Origin: Octopus vulgaris
Taxonomy: Eukaryota
Reading direction: 5' to 3'
Assembly (NCBI GenBank): GCA_951406725.2
Contig: OX597817.1
Location: 6,448,001 to 6,512,000 of the forward strand
DNA: 64,000 nt
The notes below the pieces were generated by a model, which saw only the letters and a program-made list of their open reading frames with translations, ran no database searches and was not told the origin of the DNA. Shown piece after piece: positions 38,723 to 52,837 of this stretch. The translations under genes and the position numbers were made by a program. Each line of letters begins with the position of its first letter. Positions within the stretch are counted from its first letter, which is position 1.

Positions 38723-39927
38723 AAAATATTACCTGTACGACTACAACTGCGGTTGCATCTGCAACAACCCCTCCTCATTCTATTCCTCCCCTTCGTCCAT
38801 CTCTTCCTTCTCCTCCTTCTCCTTTTATTCCTCTCCCTCTTCCTCTTCCTCCACTCACTAGTACTACTACTACTACTACTAAACCACCAGCTGCTGCAAA
38901 CACCTTAAATCTAATACAATATTCAAAAAACAAGATCATGAGAATTAACAGCATCAGAACCGATACCACTACCATTATCGGCGAATACCACCATCACCAC
39001 CACCACCACAACCACCATCTCTGGTAACACCATGACCTTCCTTACATCATCAATAAAAGCCCCTGCTCTTCTTCAGCTCCCACTTCATTACACAAAATTA
39101 GTTCTCAAAACACCGACATCAACACTTCAGACACGAAAAAGCAAAAACAACTACCACCACAACTACTACCACCACGACTACCACTACCATGATCGCATAT
39201 ATTTCTCTAGACGAAGACACGTGTTTAATAAAAACTTTCCTGAATTTTCTCAACTGAAGGATTGCGGATATATTCTTCGTGCCAAATCCAAATGGTTCTT
39301 CGAGCTGGCAGACTTCCAGATTCTTGATTCATAATATTTGCTTTTCTTTTATTACCGTATAGTTATGCAGATTAAGTTGATAGAAGTGGCTGGGCCAGTA
39401 GAGCGCCGGATGAAACGCAATACAGCCCCCTGACTTCTAATTTCAAGAACAAGGTCAGGGAGCTGGGTTTTTTTTAGTTTTTTTTAAACTTTTATTTCTC
39501 AGTGTTGATATATCTCAATGATATAAGCACTAATATTAATCGAAGATACTATTTCGATCTTTCGTAACAGCCTCTTTTTTTTCTTTTTTGGTCAAAATTT
39601 GGAAATAGGCCTATTCGCTAAAACATTATAGTATATAAATGTATGTGTTTTAGAGAATCAAAGATGAGAAATTTTAGAGAATCAAAATAAATGCATTTAT
39701 GAACAACATGAAAACTTACTTAAATCATAAATATATCTGCATCACAAACCACAATGAACGATACGCACAAGCAGCAATTCGCATATATAAATCTCCTTGC
39801 CATCCTTTGCTCCAAGATTTAAATCAACCATATTTGTAGTCATACTTGTGTATGTTTATGTATATATATGTGTATGTATGTAATATATGTATATATATAT
39901 ATATCTGTGTGTGTGTATGCATGTATA

Positions 39928-39982
<55 letters not shown>

Positions 39983-40084
39983 CTGTGTGTCTGTGTTTGT
40001 CCCTCACCATCACTTCCGCGGAGGAACTGTTTTGTCGAAATCGTATCTTGTCTTTAATTGCTCAAAATACGAAGTAGAAAAACA

Positions 40085-40270
40085 ACCGACAACTGATGTA
40101 GAGTCGTTTCTTATGTTGCTTCTTTTGTTTTCCATTTGTTTCTTTCATTGTTCGCATAAAAAGTTCGTATTCCATGTTTTCGTATTTCATGTTGTTTACG
40201 TTCTGTGGTGTCCTGTGCCCATATATGCATGTGTATATACATATATATGCAAGTACATATATGTATGCAT
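40085..40270 (+). mobile_element. Repeat family E, diverged partial copy
   Basis: cgacaactgatg...ttctgtggtgtcctgtgcccatatatgcatg matches 17292-17460. Confidence 0.55.
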
Positions 40271-40279
40271 ATATATTTG

Positions 40280-40321
<42 letters not shown>

Positions 40322-40783
40322 AGTGTGTGTGTGTGTATATGTGTGTGTGTATATATGTATATATGTATGTATGTATATCGTTGCACACTGCAGCCTCCTG
40401 ATACCATCAACACGGATTCCACAGTCAAGTCAATAGCTCGGAAATGGCACGCCAGCCAAACAAACGAACTCGGAACAAATGTTCACATCAACCGACTAAT
40501 ATCAATTGTCACGTCGCCGATTCTATTCACATCAAGCGCCCGACACTAACTATTGCATCAACAGTTCGACACTAACTACCGGAACAACTGTCCGATACCA
40601 ACTGATTGCTGCATTTACTCAAAACTATTTGCAATGTATTGTTGTATTTCGGAATGGTCATCATACCAATAAAAAAAAAGACGTGTAGTATGCTTTAATG
40701 TCACAGTACCACCGATCTTCCATTGCAGAACAAAAGGACAGTAGTTCGATCTCGTGTAGTAACATTTGAGATTATATCCAGAT

Positions 40784-40838
<55 letters not shown>

Positions 40839-41258
40839 AAGGGAGAGGGGAAAATAGACAGAGGGAGACGGAGAGAGAGAGAGAGAGATAGACAAACAGA
40901 GGCAGAGGGAGGAAGAATATATATGATGTCATTTGGTTGCTATTTCTAGCTACAGCGCTAACCATGTACAGGGTATTTCCTGTCCTTTCACATTACGTCA
41001 ATAAATGAGAGAGAAAGGGGTGAACGCACATGCTATCACACTAACAACAGCAGGTCACACACGCATACTGCATTATCAACCGTATATTTTTCGTAAGCAA
41101 CCAAAACTACATTGAATGAAGACTAACTCCTGTCCCCTAAAAAAACATAGGACGAAATTTAAGACAACGAATTTGGTATGAAAGGTCTAAGGGCCTTTCA
41201 TACCAAATTTGAAGATGATAGCTTTACTTTTTTTGTGTATATTGACAAGAGAGAAGCG

Positions 41259-41329
<71 letters not shown>

Positions 41330-41864
41330 ATGTGTGTGTGTGTGTGTTTGTGTGTGTGTTGTGTATGTGTTGTGGGTGTGTATTGTGTGTGTCAATTTTT
41401 ATGGTGTCAACTGTTATGCTTATATATGTGAGAGAAAAAGTATGGGGTAGGAAGCATGCAATTTAACTAGGTGTGTAGGAGTTAGCATAAACCAGGTAGA
41501 GAGAAAAACACTAATCAAATATAAGGAGACTTCCGGTGTTAGTTTCATTCGAAAGCTATTGATTAAAAACTGATGAAATAATCTCGAATGTCCTTTCTGT
41601 ATCTTGGTTTGAAATTAGAGGTATTTTATTAAATGAACCAATAATTTATCAGACTAGCCATGAGATATTATTGGATTAAGTGAGTTTTGGAAGGCGGAAT
41701 CATTAGTCTGCGTAGGAGGTATCAAGCATCGTTGATGTAATATTATCCATTACAGCCTGCTGGCTAAAAATCACCGTCTTGTGTTTGAGAAGAATCTCAG
41801 CATTCTGATTCTAAGTGACGACAATACATGTGTGTGCATATATACATACATGCATACATACTTG

Positions 41865-41900
<36 letters not shown>

Positions 41901-41955
41901 CTTTATATATAACATGTATATATATATAATATTTATATAATACACACACATATAC

Positions 41956-41986
<31 letters not shown>

Positions 41987-42469
41987 TGTATGTATGTATG
42001 TATGTATGTATATATGTATATGATTCCAAGAAAGTCAGATGTGAATCCAACCAACTACCGGATAATATCTATCCACTATACTGCTGGTAGAATATCCAAT
42101 TATCAATAAACAAGTGTTTTTATAGCATTGCAACTACATTACCGAATGCACTAAATGGATGAGGGTAACGAATAATTTATAGAGCAATAAGAAAATGGAG
42201 GGGATCAAGAGGTGGTTCATCAAATTTTAGACATTATATTATATTACGGCTTGAAATCGTAAAGTCATGTTTCCATGCGCTTGCCAGAATCTCTTCCGTC
42301 CCAGCCAGAACAAAGGGCTTTCGTTTGTTTTTCTCGTTTGTTTTCTTGTTTATTTTGATTTCTCGTATTGTATTTTATTTCTCGTTTTGTATTTTCTTGT
42401 ACATGTATTTTTATCATGTATTTTATTGTGCAGTTTTATTGTTACGTTCTGTTTGTGTTACATTTTTTT

Positions 42470-42862
42470 CGTGCTTGTTTTACCCCTCTGCGAGGTTATT
42501 TTATTTTAATTCTCTCGCAGGAAGGCCTAGTATTGACGAGTCGTGTCCTGTCTTGCCTTCGAAACACGCTAAGTCTACTAGCGACAGCTGATGATTGGGG
42601 ATTTCTCTTGTGTAGCTTGTCCTGTACCTTGTTTTTCTGTTGTAAATAATGTTTTTCCCGTTTTCGTTCTCGTCCTGTTCCACGTCTCTGTCTTTCTGTT
42701 GTAAAAAAAAAATGGCTTTTCCGTTTTCGTTTCTGTCGAGTTCTAAGTCTTTTTGTGGTGTTCTGTACTTACGTATATATATATTTATATATGCATGTAT
42801 ATATAAATGTAGATGTAGGTACGTACATATATGTTTGTATGTATGCATATATTTTATTTATT
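42470..42862 (+). mobile_element. Repeat family E, copy 2
   Basis: Aligns with 17170-17520 and ends at a (TA)n array. Confidence 0.75.
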
Positions 42863-42863
42863 A

Positions 42864-42923
<60 letters not shown>

Positions 42924-43013
42924 TGTATATATATATACAGAGAGAGAGAGATGTAGATAGATAGATACATACATACATACATTCGTACATAAATATATAC
43001 ATATATACAGTCA

Positions 43014-43111
<98 letters not shown>

Positions 43112-45242
43112 AAAATTCATAATACACTCACACTTACATTCACGCGTGCGCACATCCACCTGTTTATAGTACATTTCGGTATATATTTGTGAACTGTTGT
43201 GTATCAATATCCAATTGAACTTGCAAAATACACTGCAGTTGATGAAATAACCTTGGTGAAGAAACGTACTCAGAATGCAAACGATATAGATAGCATTTTA
43301 TGTTTATCATATGTATTTTTTCATAGTGCGTCCCTAGTACTCTATGTGATATCGTATTAGCGTGATAATTAAAATTCTGGAAGTATTTCATGTTTGACAT
43401 TAAGGACGGAGAAACATTTGCTGTTTGAGTTTTTCATTTTCTCTCCCATTCAGTTCTCTGATAAAAACACCCATCACATTGCATTCTCTGAATTGCGTTC
43501 GGGTTATCTTTTTGATATTATAGTCAATATATTCAGGATTTTATAATGGACTTGGAAATGTCAAAGATACCGATCATTCTAGCAATAAATCTTAATATAT
43601 TAATCACGATCCCCATGGAAAATGCTCGGCAAAAATTGTGTAAATATTTAATACACATGAGGCAACTTTATGAAAATAGTATTAAATCATGAAGAATAAT
43701 CATAACCAGAAAAATTGCTGGATCTCCAATCAGTTCGAAATGTATGCATAAAAACATTAATAAATTAATGGAAGCTCTGTTTTTTGGGATAGAATGTAAA
43801 GCCTAATATTATGAGCGCTTCCATATATAAATATATTAAATTTTTGTATATATATGCACACATAAATTCATATAGATACAAGATTGTCCGCTCAATGTGG
43901 GCGTTTTTCCCATTTATTTTAATGCCAAGTTTTTCAAGAATTTTGCCAAATCCCTCAACAAGTTATTCCGTTTCATTCTTCACGTATTGCCAAAGTTACA
44001 TTAATTTTTCACTGCTCAAAGAATTGATTTAGCTACCATTTTAGCACCACATCGTTACTTAACGAGATGCTCGAGCGATAATCTGAAGGCTTTACATCAG
44101 GAGGATATAGAGTGTGCAGTAGAACCTCCCAACGAAATGCTTGAAAAGCATTTTTGGTTAATTTCGCAATGTGGGAGCGAACGTTTTCATGTTGAAAAAA
44201 CATGCAACCACTCGAGTGTTCTGGAACTTATCCATCAAGTGATTGTGGCGGGTAATGATATTTTGGGAGCATTTCATCTGTTTGTACAATTTCCTAGTGG
44301 ATTAGCGTTCATTCATATGAATGAGATGGTTCAACTGATCCTCGTTAAACTGAACAGGTCGATCAGAACGTGGACTGCATTGGGTTCGAATGGCACTTAC
44401 AAGAAGCATGATATAACAGGTTTTGTGCAGCTCTACCAGTAATGTAAATTGATTTACAACTTTCCGCATGTTTATTTCAAAATGGCATATCAAGGAAAAT
44501 AAAAGGAAAGCAAATTTGTGTGTTTCTATTTTATGAGTTGAAAGCCAAGTTGCAGCAGAATAGAACATTGACCATTCAACTCTTGTCAAACATGCGCACC
44601 ATATTCAAATACAAAAAAGAAAAAGAGGGATAAGACACTATAAATGAGTGTAGCATGAAGAGAACGATAAAAATTACCCTCTTATGATTTGTGATTCCGC
44701 TATTCTTACGCAAATATTTCTTATGTCGTATTGCAGAAAGTAACGGAAAATGGATTCTATACAATGTATCATGATTTATGCTGAGACTGAGCCAAAGTAA
44801 TGCAATAATATAAAATATATTATGGTCATATATTTGATGGTCAGCAGGTGGAATTATGCTTTATTTCTTGAATTCTTACTAAACTGTCATAAGAGGAAAG
44901 AATTGTCACAAAAATGACACAATGGATCAAACAACTACAACGGTAACTTAAGGCTCTTGTGAATCATTCATGACAACATCCGTCCATATTTTTGAAAATG
45001 ACTATGTAAAGATTAAAGAAAGGAACCCTACAAAATTTCACATACACTCAGCCTATTTGGAAACTTATCTTCGAATAAATGACTGCTTGAATAATCGCAC
45101 AAACATCCTGCACACAAGAAGTCATAATCCATTTCGAGAAATCATTCCTTACAGGATTTCAGAATTCTCATCTACTGAAATAACTAGACTTATTTATTGT
45201 TGACAAAACTCTGCAGATTCTAATAGATATATTTTTGCCTAC

Positions 45243-45394
45243 TATAGACACAAGATTTGAAATTTAGTGCTTATTTTATCGACCCCAAATTGAGGAAAGT
45301 CAAAGTCGACCACGGCAGAATTTTAACGTGAAGCATAAAGCCAGAAGAAATACTGCTTAAAATTTTGCATTAATGATTCTACATGGTCGCCGCC
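45243..45394 (-). mobile_element. SINE family A, diverged and deleted
   Basis: cttattttatcgacccc...aaagtcaaagtcgaccacggcagaattt...gattctac..gtcgccgcc. Confidence 0.65.
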
Positions 45395-47678
45395 ATAGAG
45401 ATTGGAATAAGAATTGTTGCAATTAATTAAATTTATTCTGTGTTGAATACATATATTTGTTTAGGACTGATGGTTGAAATCTGCAATTAACATTTTGCAA
45501 ACTGATACAATATCCCACTTATATATATATATATAAGTGTGTGTGTGTATGTATATATATGTGTGTGTGTGTGTCTTGTGTGTGTGCGTGTGTGTGTAAT
45601 ATTTTGGCGTCAGATTTTGATTACTTCTATAGCGTTGAACGAAACCATGAAAGCTGAAATTAAATTTTTTTTAAATATATCACGTTTGAATAGTTGTAGA
45701 ATCTTCTGATATTATTTGCTAAAGACGTTTTTTTTCTATTTAGATGCATATTCATACTTCCCTTCCATCCGTCAGTATGCAATTCAATAATATTTATCAA
45801 TATCTATAACTATGGAACACAAACATACCCACACCCACACATCATTGCCTAATATGTACGTAACAAGAAATTGGAAAATGTAGCTTAATTTATCTATTAG
45901 CATTTTTGGCTCCTTTCTCTGTGTAATGTGTATGCATACAGCTTTGATGGGTATTACATACACGCACCCCAATTATGTATCACTATTAGGAAAAATCATG
46001 CAAAAAGGTGCAGAATAAATGCATATCCTGCTGTTCACAGCAAGTGCAAGCATGTATTGCATTCTGACAAGGCTTCAGACGTTTGCCAAAAATATTCCTA
46101 ATCAACGCATCCGTATCAGTCTGGCAACTTTTCTAACTCCATATGGTGCCTGATGGAAGGACTATAATGGAACGAAGCAAAATGAGCAGAGCAAAGAGTT
46201 AATATGGAAACATTAGTAAATCGGAATCTTCGTAGTGTGTGTAGCATAAATTATAACATAAACCTTCAAATGTTAAAATGTTCGATTTACCAAATCATTA
46301 TTTACTGAAATTAGTGAGAGGCGAGTAGCTGTTTTTCACACACTAAATCTTTACATTTAATAATCAGAGCTAAAAAAAAAAAAAGGATCCGGACAACATG
46401 ATAAATGAAACACTATCACAAACTATAAATAAGGGTGGCTGGTTAACGAAAATTGAAGTTTGAAAGGTAATTTTAGACAAAACCCATTTTGAACTCATGA
46501 ATGTGAGTTGTATAAATAAGATACGTAAATAACATCTGTGGTTCCGATTTTTGAATTTATTAAAGGTTTTAGATATGTTTTCGGTTATATAACCTATGGT
46601 TGCTTTTGTGCTGGTCGTATATTTTTATACTCAGTTCTAATGCAATATTCTGAAGGCTCAGTACAGTAGAATATTTCAACTTTCTCTCTCCATGCCTGAA
46701 TGTCGAGTTGACCTTTGAAATTGATATACCTAAAGCACTAAAAACTATTAGCTAGATCCTGATATGCTTTGCTTGTAGAATTTATTTGTCTTGCAAGTTT
46801 TACTCGATATAAACGGCATAGCTGGTGCCCTTCTACCATTATTAGTGATGAGAATTGATGTCCAGTATTTGATACAAATGCGATTACTGACGATGTCACT
46901 CACTCAAGATTTATATATGATTTTACATTGTCTGAATTGAGTGGATGGCAATGTATCGTTGTCATCTTAATATATAAAATAACCTGTCTGTGTGTGTGTC
47001 CTGAATCTGTACCATACTTGGAGTAAATGAACAATTTGAAATTGGAAAAAATTTTTTTTTATTTATTAAAAAGAAATAATATTGCTCTATATATAAAGAT
47101 TCACTTCTTCAAATTGTTTTCTCCAGCTAGTTACATACACACGTATGTATACATAATTACAGTAGTGACGATTTCCAATAAAAAGGAATTTCTAAAGGTA
47201 CTTTCATGTGAGAAAATAAATTCCATTCAGAGATAGATACCTATTACTCAGTTAATTAAATGAGTTACTAAATATTCTACAATGATTTTTCAATTCATAC
47301 TTCGGACATTTTTGGGACAAGACGCCTTATTAAGACTTGATATTTTACATCTAAATCCATGTGATTATTCTTGGCGCAAATCGACTTATTAATACTTTCA
47401 CTTATTTGTTCTGTCAATGTCAGCATAGTAACTAAGTAACCAGCTATTTACACACACACACACACACATACACACACGTATGTATACATCATTACAGTTG
47501 TGACGATTTCAGATAAAAAAGAATTTCTAAAGTGACTTTCATTTTTTATATACTCCTAATTTTTCTTTTTGCGTAAGATATACACCTATGTGACTGTGTG
47601 TGAGTGTGTGTGTGTGCGAAAAATTTCATAAGGAGATTTCAAATAATTGATCAATTATCAACAGGGCATAACTACATA

Positions 47679-48356
47679 TTTCTGCCCCACCCCGATTTGG
47701 ATGATCGTAACTTTCAGAAAAAAATGAATATTTCTTAATGAAATTTTCTACGAATATGTTATATCATATAGAGTTCAAATAAAGAAAATTTTTGTTAAAG
47801 TATTTTAGGAGGGGTGGAGGAGCATTTTCGGAAAATCCATCGGAGTCTACTTCAATTCGGCTAACTTTCAAGAAAATGGATATTTTTTGATGAAATTGTC
47901 TGCAAATATACCTCTGACTATGTAGATTCCGAACATGTATGAATTTTGGGGGAAAACAATAGGGAGTTATTTCGGGGGTGTTTCGGAACAAGTCGTCCAT
48001 ATTTGTTACATTTTCTGTTTTGTGCGTTTTGTGCATCCCTACATTTCGACTGACCCAAAAGGCAATGAAGGCAAATGAAGCCCTCACCAGAAAACTCGTT
48101 ATGCTAAAAGTTACATCTAATGGTCTGGTACACAGATATTTTTATTAAGACGACTTATTTGTTGCATACGATATTTTCTTTCACTTTAAATAAATTCCCA
48201 CGTAAACGGTTCTAAAAGAAAGGCAGAAGACACCAAAAGGAAAAATAAGGAATATACACGCACAGTTAATTATAGAAGCGTAAAGAATAATTTGTGACAT
48301 ACTCTCTATAATAAACATGGTATTGAATGGAATAATTCCCCGTTTGAACTTTCTTC

Positions 48357-48407
<51 letters not shown>

Positions 48408-48876
48408 CAGAGAGAGAGAGAGAGAGAGGACACTAAGAATAAGCATGCCAACCGTTTGTGTCATTTTTTCTCCGGATTACACCCCCTCTTTAACTTATCA
48501 ATTTTTTCTCCGAAATTATACGGATGGACAAATGCACAAAACAGAAACTGAAACAAATATGGACGAAACAGTTCCCAATGGGGAACAGTTCGCAAAAACA
48601 ACCCCCAATCGCCCCCACCCCAAATCATATATGCATGGAATCTACCTAGACCGGGGTATACTTGTATCCATTTTCCTGAAAGTTAAGACGAATTGAAGTG
48701 GATTCTAGTGAAATTTCCGAAAATTCTTCCCATCCCTCCTAAAACACTTTCGCCCAAAAACTTTGTATATTCGATGCCTACATGATATAACGCATATTCG
48801 TAGACAGTTTTATTTTAAAATATACATTTTTCTGAAAGTTATCATCATCCAAATTCGGCGGGGATGGGGGCAGAAA
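47679..48876. repeat. Diverged ~265-bp inverted repeat pair (possible DNA-transposon derivative)
   Basis: 47679-47952 is approximately the reverse-complement of 48617-48876; outer ends tttctgcccc / ggggcagaaa. Confidence 0.75.
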
Positions 48877-48879
48877 GCC

Positions 48880-49551
48880 TGTGGTGTGATGGTAACAACT
48901 GTCAATGATCTCATAATGCATGTGCTCCCAAACATCGCAGAAAACTTTAGCAACAGTCAATGGCTGCGTGAACGAGCCATCTTAGCTCCACGTAATGACG
49001 CTGTCGACAAAATCAACTGCTATCTCTTGCAGCTGTTGTCAACAAAAGAACAGTCTTTCAAATCCCTCAACACTGTCATTGAGAAGGACCAGGCAGTAGT
49101 TTTTCCATCTGAGTTCCTGAACTATCTGCAGCCACCTGGGATACTAACTCACCACTTAACACTTCAAAAGGGGACCCCAATCATGCTGCACGGGAATCCG
49201 AATCCACCTCCTCTGTGCAATAGCACCTGACTGGTGGTGAAAGCGATGCGACCCCATGTCCTAGAAGCAACAATTATGACAGGGAACTATAGGGCTGAGG
49301 ATGTCTCCATTCCACGAATCCTGTTAATCTCCTATGACTTTTCCTTTGAATTTAAATGGTTCCCGTCCCCAGTGAAATTAAGTTTCGCTATGTCAATAAA
49401 CTAGTTTCAAGGACAGTCTTAACCTAGCTTCTTTCATGGGCAATTATATGTTGGATGTTAGCGTGTTGTAAATCCCCCAAATCTTTTCCTCTATACACCA
49501 ATTAAAGGACACACTCAAAACGTCGTATATTTAGAAGCTCTAGATAATTAA
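48880..49551 (+). pseudogene. Helitron PIF1-like helicase C-terminus, pseudogenised
   Basis: WLRERAILAPRNDAVDKIN...FPSEFLNYLQPPG..HHLTLQKGTPIML..NP..LCNST*LVV...IPRI...PVKLSFAMSIN*FQGQS...HGQLYVGC*RV...TQNVVYLEAL, with stops and deletions. Confidence 0.95.
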
Positions 49552-49926
49552 ACTGTGATCGATTTCAGGATTTGTTTCAATACATTTGTTTATACTCACG
49601 TCATCTTATAGAATTTTTGTGAAATTTACTTATCAGCGGGAGGGGAGCACCTGCAGGCCGGTTCTTCTCAAATTTATGCATTTTCATGTTCAACATTTTT
49701 CAAATAAATACTGACAATTGAAGCTAATTGTAAAGACAAAGAACTACCTGCTTTTAAAAAAAATTTAAGAGTGAGAACATCGGATAAATCATATTACTGA
49801 CATTACTTGTTTGTACCTCAGCTAATTACTGTTGAGAAATGCATAATCCATGTTTTATTTTACTTAAAGATTTAAAAGGCATACTTAAATTTCATTATTT
49901 TCAATAACCAGGTAAACGCCGGGTTA

Positions 49927-50324
49927 TCTTTATATATAAAAGAGAGGTTGTGTGTCTGTCTCCTACGATTTAGATTCCTAACTAGTCCCACATTTTACGG
50001 TGCAGTTTAACCAAAACCGGGTATCTTATAGTCGTGATTCATATCGAGCCCTTCTGGGTATTAGCGCGCGTCTACGATGAGTCTACGATTTAAAAACAAA
50101 ATTACCAACATTTTTTTCCCCATTTTAATGCATTTTCCGCTATTATATAAGGGAAGTAACTCTCTAAAAATGTCTACGATGAGTCAACGATTTAAAAAAA
50201 AATTTACCATCATTTTCTTTCCATTTTTAATGCATTTTTTGCTATTTTTTGGCTATAACTCTCTAAAAATGCTTATATAGTTATTTCGCTCACAAACCCG
50301 AGTAACGCCGGGCGATACCGCTAG
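49927..50324 (+). mobile_element. Non-autonomous Helitron, same family as 9611-10003
   Basis: a|TC start, hairpin cccgagtaacgccggg, CTAG|t end, internal ~100-bp tandem duplication. Confidence 0.92.
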
Positions 50325-51374
50325 TTAACGTATAAAGTTTGTATCTCAGGTACTAGGAGGTAAAATCTGCGTAGTCTATGTTTCGTGTTAGAGATCTAAA
50401 AGGCATTTTAAAATATCATTATTTTCTTTAACCCGGGCAATGCCGGGTATTTCTGTTAGCTTAATATCCAATTCAGTTTTAATTGAATAGATTTGTGGTC
50501 CCATAAAGTTAATACTCCGAAGATAGAAAAATATACATTAGAATGCCGTTACATTTGTATGTGAACAGCCCACAATCAAAAAATTGTGCAAGAAATGATT
50601 ATGAAGCCATGATTAATAGTTTCATCAGCAAATCGCGCTCTGGATTTTATTCACAAACGTTTCACTATTTACGAATTGCATTCGTTCAATAATCGGGGTT
50701 TATCACACAATGTCTTTTATACTACGTTATAACATGTTGTTTCTTCCGCTATCTATGTAACTGTATTATCAGATCGGATGCAGTTAGAGGATATGTGAAC
50801 AAACTACAAATATTAGTTGTGTACCAGATAAGGATCTCTTACACTCAATACATTCATGCATACATACACAAAACACACACATACAAACATACATACACAT
50901 ACATACACACCTATATATATATTTACACCCACCCACGGCCACATGTATGCATTGTATGTATGTATATATATATACACTAGCCACGATTCAAGGCGAATAT
51001 ATATAGGTACATATAACTGCACATGGAAAATTAAATTATGGTGCACTTATAGAGAACATGAAAAGTAATGAAGTTTAATTTCATAAATGTGATATGATAA
51101 ACAACAGAAAACTGTTCATAAAGTGATCGATATTTGCCTGACACCCAATGTACATTCTAGATTAATCTCGATATGACGGTTAGATACAATATTCAAAAAT
51201 TCTTTTATTTCTACAAGTAATGAAACTACTACAATGTAATGACGACATCGATTGTGTAAATTGCTTACGTGTTCTAAATTTATTTCTGTTTTTTTGTTTC
51301 ACTAATTTTCTTACAAAAATAATTGCTTTTATGAATTTAATAAAGAATCAGCAAATTGAATTACGCGTATGCAT

Positions 51375-51412
51375 AATATATATAGGTGTATGTGTGTGTA
51401 CATGTATATGTA

Positions 51413-51456
<44 letters not shown>

Positions 51457-51745
51457 CACCAACCATATAAATATATGTGTATATATACTTATAATATATA
51501 TACATATATGTATATATATTATCTATACATATACATACATATATACATTCATACATATACATATGCACGTTTATAATTATACATCTGTGTGTATGTATGC
51601 ATATATATATTACCAAACATATAAATATATGTAAATATACATATAATATATATATATATATATGTATGTATATATATTATCTATGCATTCATACATATAT
51701 ATATGCATACATATACATATGCACGTTTATATGTATGTGTGTAGG

Positions 51746-51779
<34 letters not shown>

Positions 51780-52040
51780 CGTGTGTGTGTGTACACGCGT
51801 GTGTATGTATATGTCAGTATTATATGAATGTATGTATATAAATGAATATACACACAAACATATTTTTGTTTATATGTATTTATAAAGATGTATATATATA
51901 TAACATGTATGTAGGAACTTTTTCTAAATATGTGCGTATTTTTATATACCTGCATTTATGTGTGCATGTGTGCCTGAGTGAATGTGTGTGTGAATGTGTG
52001 TGTGTGTGTGTGTGGTTGCATGCGTGTGTAGCTGTGTATA
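51375..52040. repeat. Degenerate (TA)/(TG) low-complexity tract with internal duplication
   Basis: Read directly; accatataaatatatgt...atatgcacgtttat recurs ~155 bp later in similar form. Confidence 0.85.
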
Positions 52041-52619
52041 TAGGTGTTTCTGAATGTTTGTGGTTAAATTCCTTTTTTACTTTTCTTTTTTTTTGCATCT
52101 GAGATATATTGTTATCGTGTCGATACTTCGTGTCCATACTTCAAAACTGCCTAAAGAAAAGTTTTGTAGTCGACCAGCTATAGTATTGTTTTCAGGAACA
52201 TTGCCAGCATTCGTTCTGGTTTCTATTGCGTAATTCTCCTTTTTGTTGTTGTTGATAACCTTAACGTGTGTAAATTCCTCTTCTCCACACACATACCTAT
52301 ACCCTCGTATATACCTCCACAAAATAACACAGAGTTGAATATCAGGTTCCTTATAAATTCATTTATGAACATACTGTGTTCATAAGAGAAGTACATTTCG
52401 GCCCAGTTGAGACTTACAAATGGCATATGTTCATAGCCCGTCAGAAGTCTAGACGAGACGTGTCATATCCGGTGTATAAGAAACTGTGAATAGTACATTC
52501 AATGGTTTTGTGGAATCCCGTTCGGCTGGATAAAAATTCGTATACTACCAGACAATATAGTATACAATTATTACTATATACTGGAGGCGACAAATCTCTT
52601 TTAGGCTGGGCGGGAAAGC

Positions 52620-52662
52620 ACGCCACTGATGAGGCCCTACCAGGCCAAAATGCATCTGGCGT
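52620..52662 (+). ncRNA. Minimal type I hammerhead motif with G12A change
   Basis: acgcca CTGATGA ggcc ctacca ggcc AAAA tgca TC tggcgt. Perfect stems and a palindromic tetraloop, but AAAA replaces GAAA. Confidence 0.75.
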
Positions 52663-52837
52663 TCTCGATGTCTGCTATTGGGATGCTTTTCGTCTCCCTC
52701 TGATGTACATGTTGTTTGAACCACAGCATGTCCATGAGAAATATCAGGACGAGTACCACAATAACCTGACTTTGAACGATGTTAGTTACATTAATTATGA
52801 AACCTAGACGGTTACCTGATATAATAGAAAGGGAGCT

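Larger units (their letters stand above)
46965..50460 (+). mobile_element. Composite decayed Helitron with several 3' termini
   Basis: Putative 5' end a|tcttaatatataaaataacctgtctgtgtgtgtgtcc, helicase remnant inside. Hairpin termini at 49906-49924, 50297-50324 and 50432-50460. The 5' boundary is inferred. Confidence 0.6.

Noticed and set aside
39423-39485. GC-rich hairpin followed by T runs, resembling a bacterial intrinsic terminator
   Set aside because: The context is eukaryotic repeat-rich DNA with no upstream gene.
41170-41209. Short hairpins (here and 54266-54308)
   Set aside because: Real but short, with no context to assign a function; probably transposon debris.
52502-52807. 101-aa ORF
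   Set aside because: No recognisable domain; it overlaps an HHR-bearing repeat and is probably incidental.
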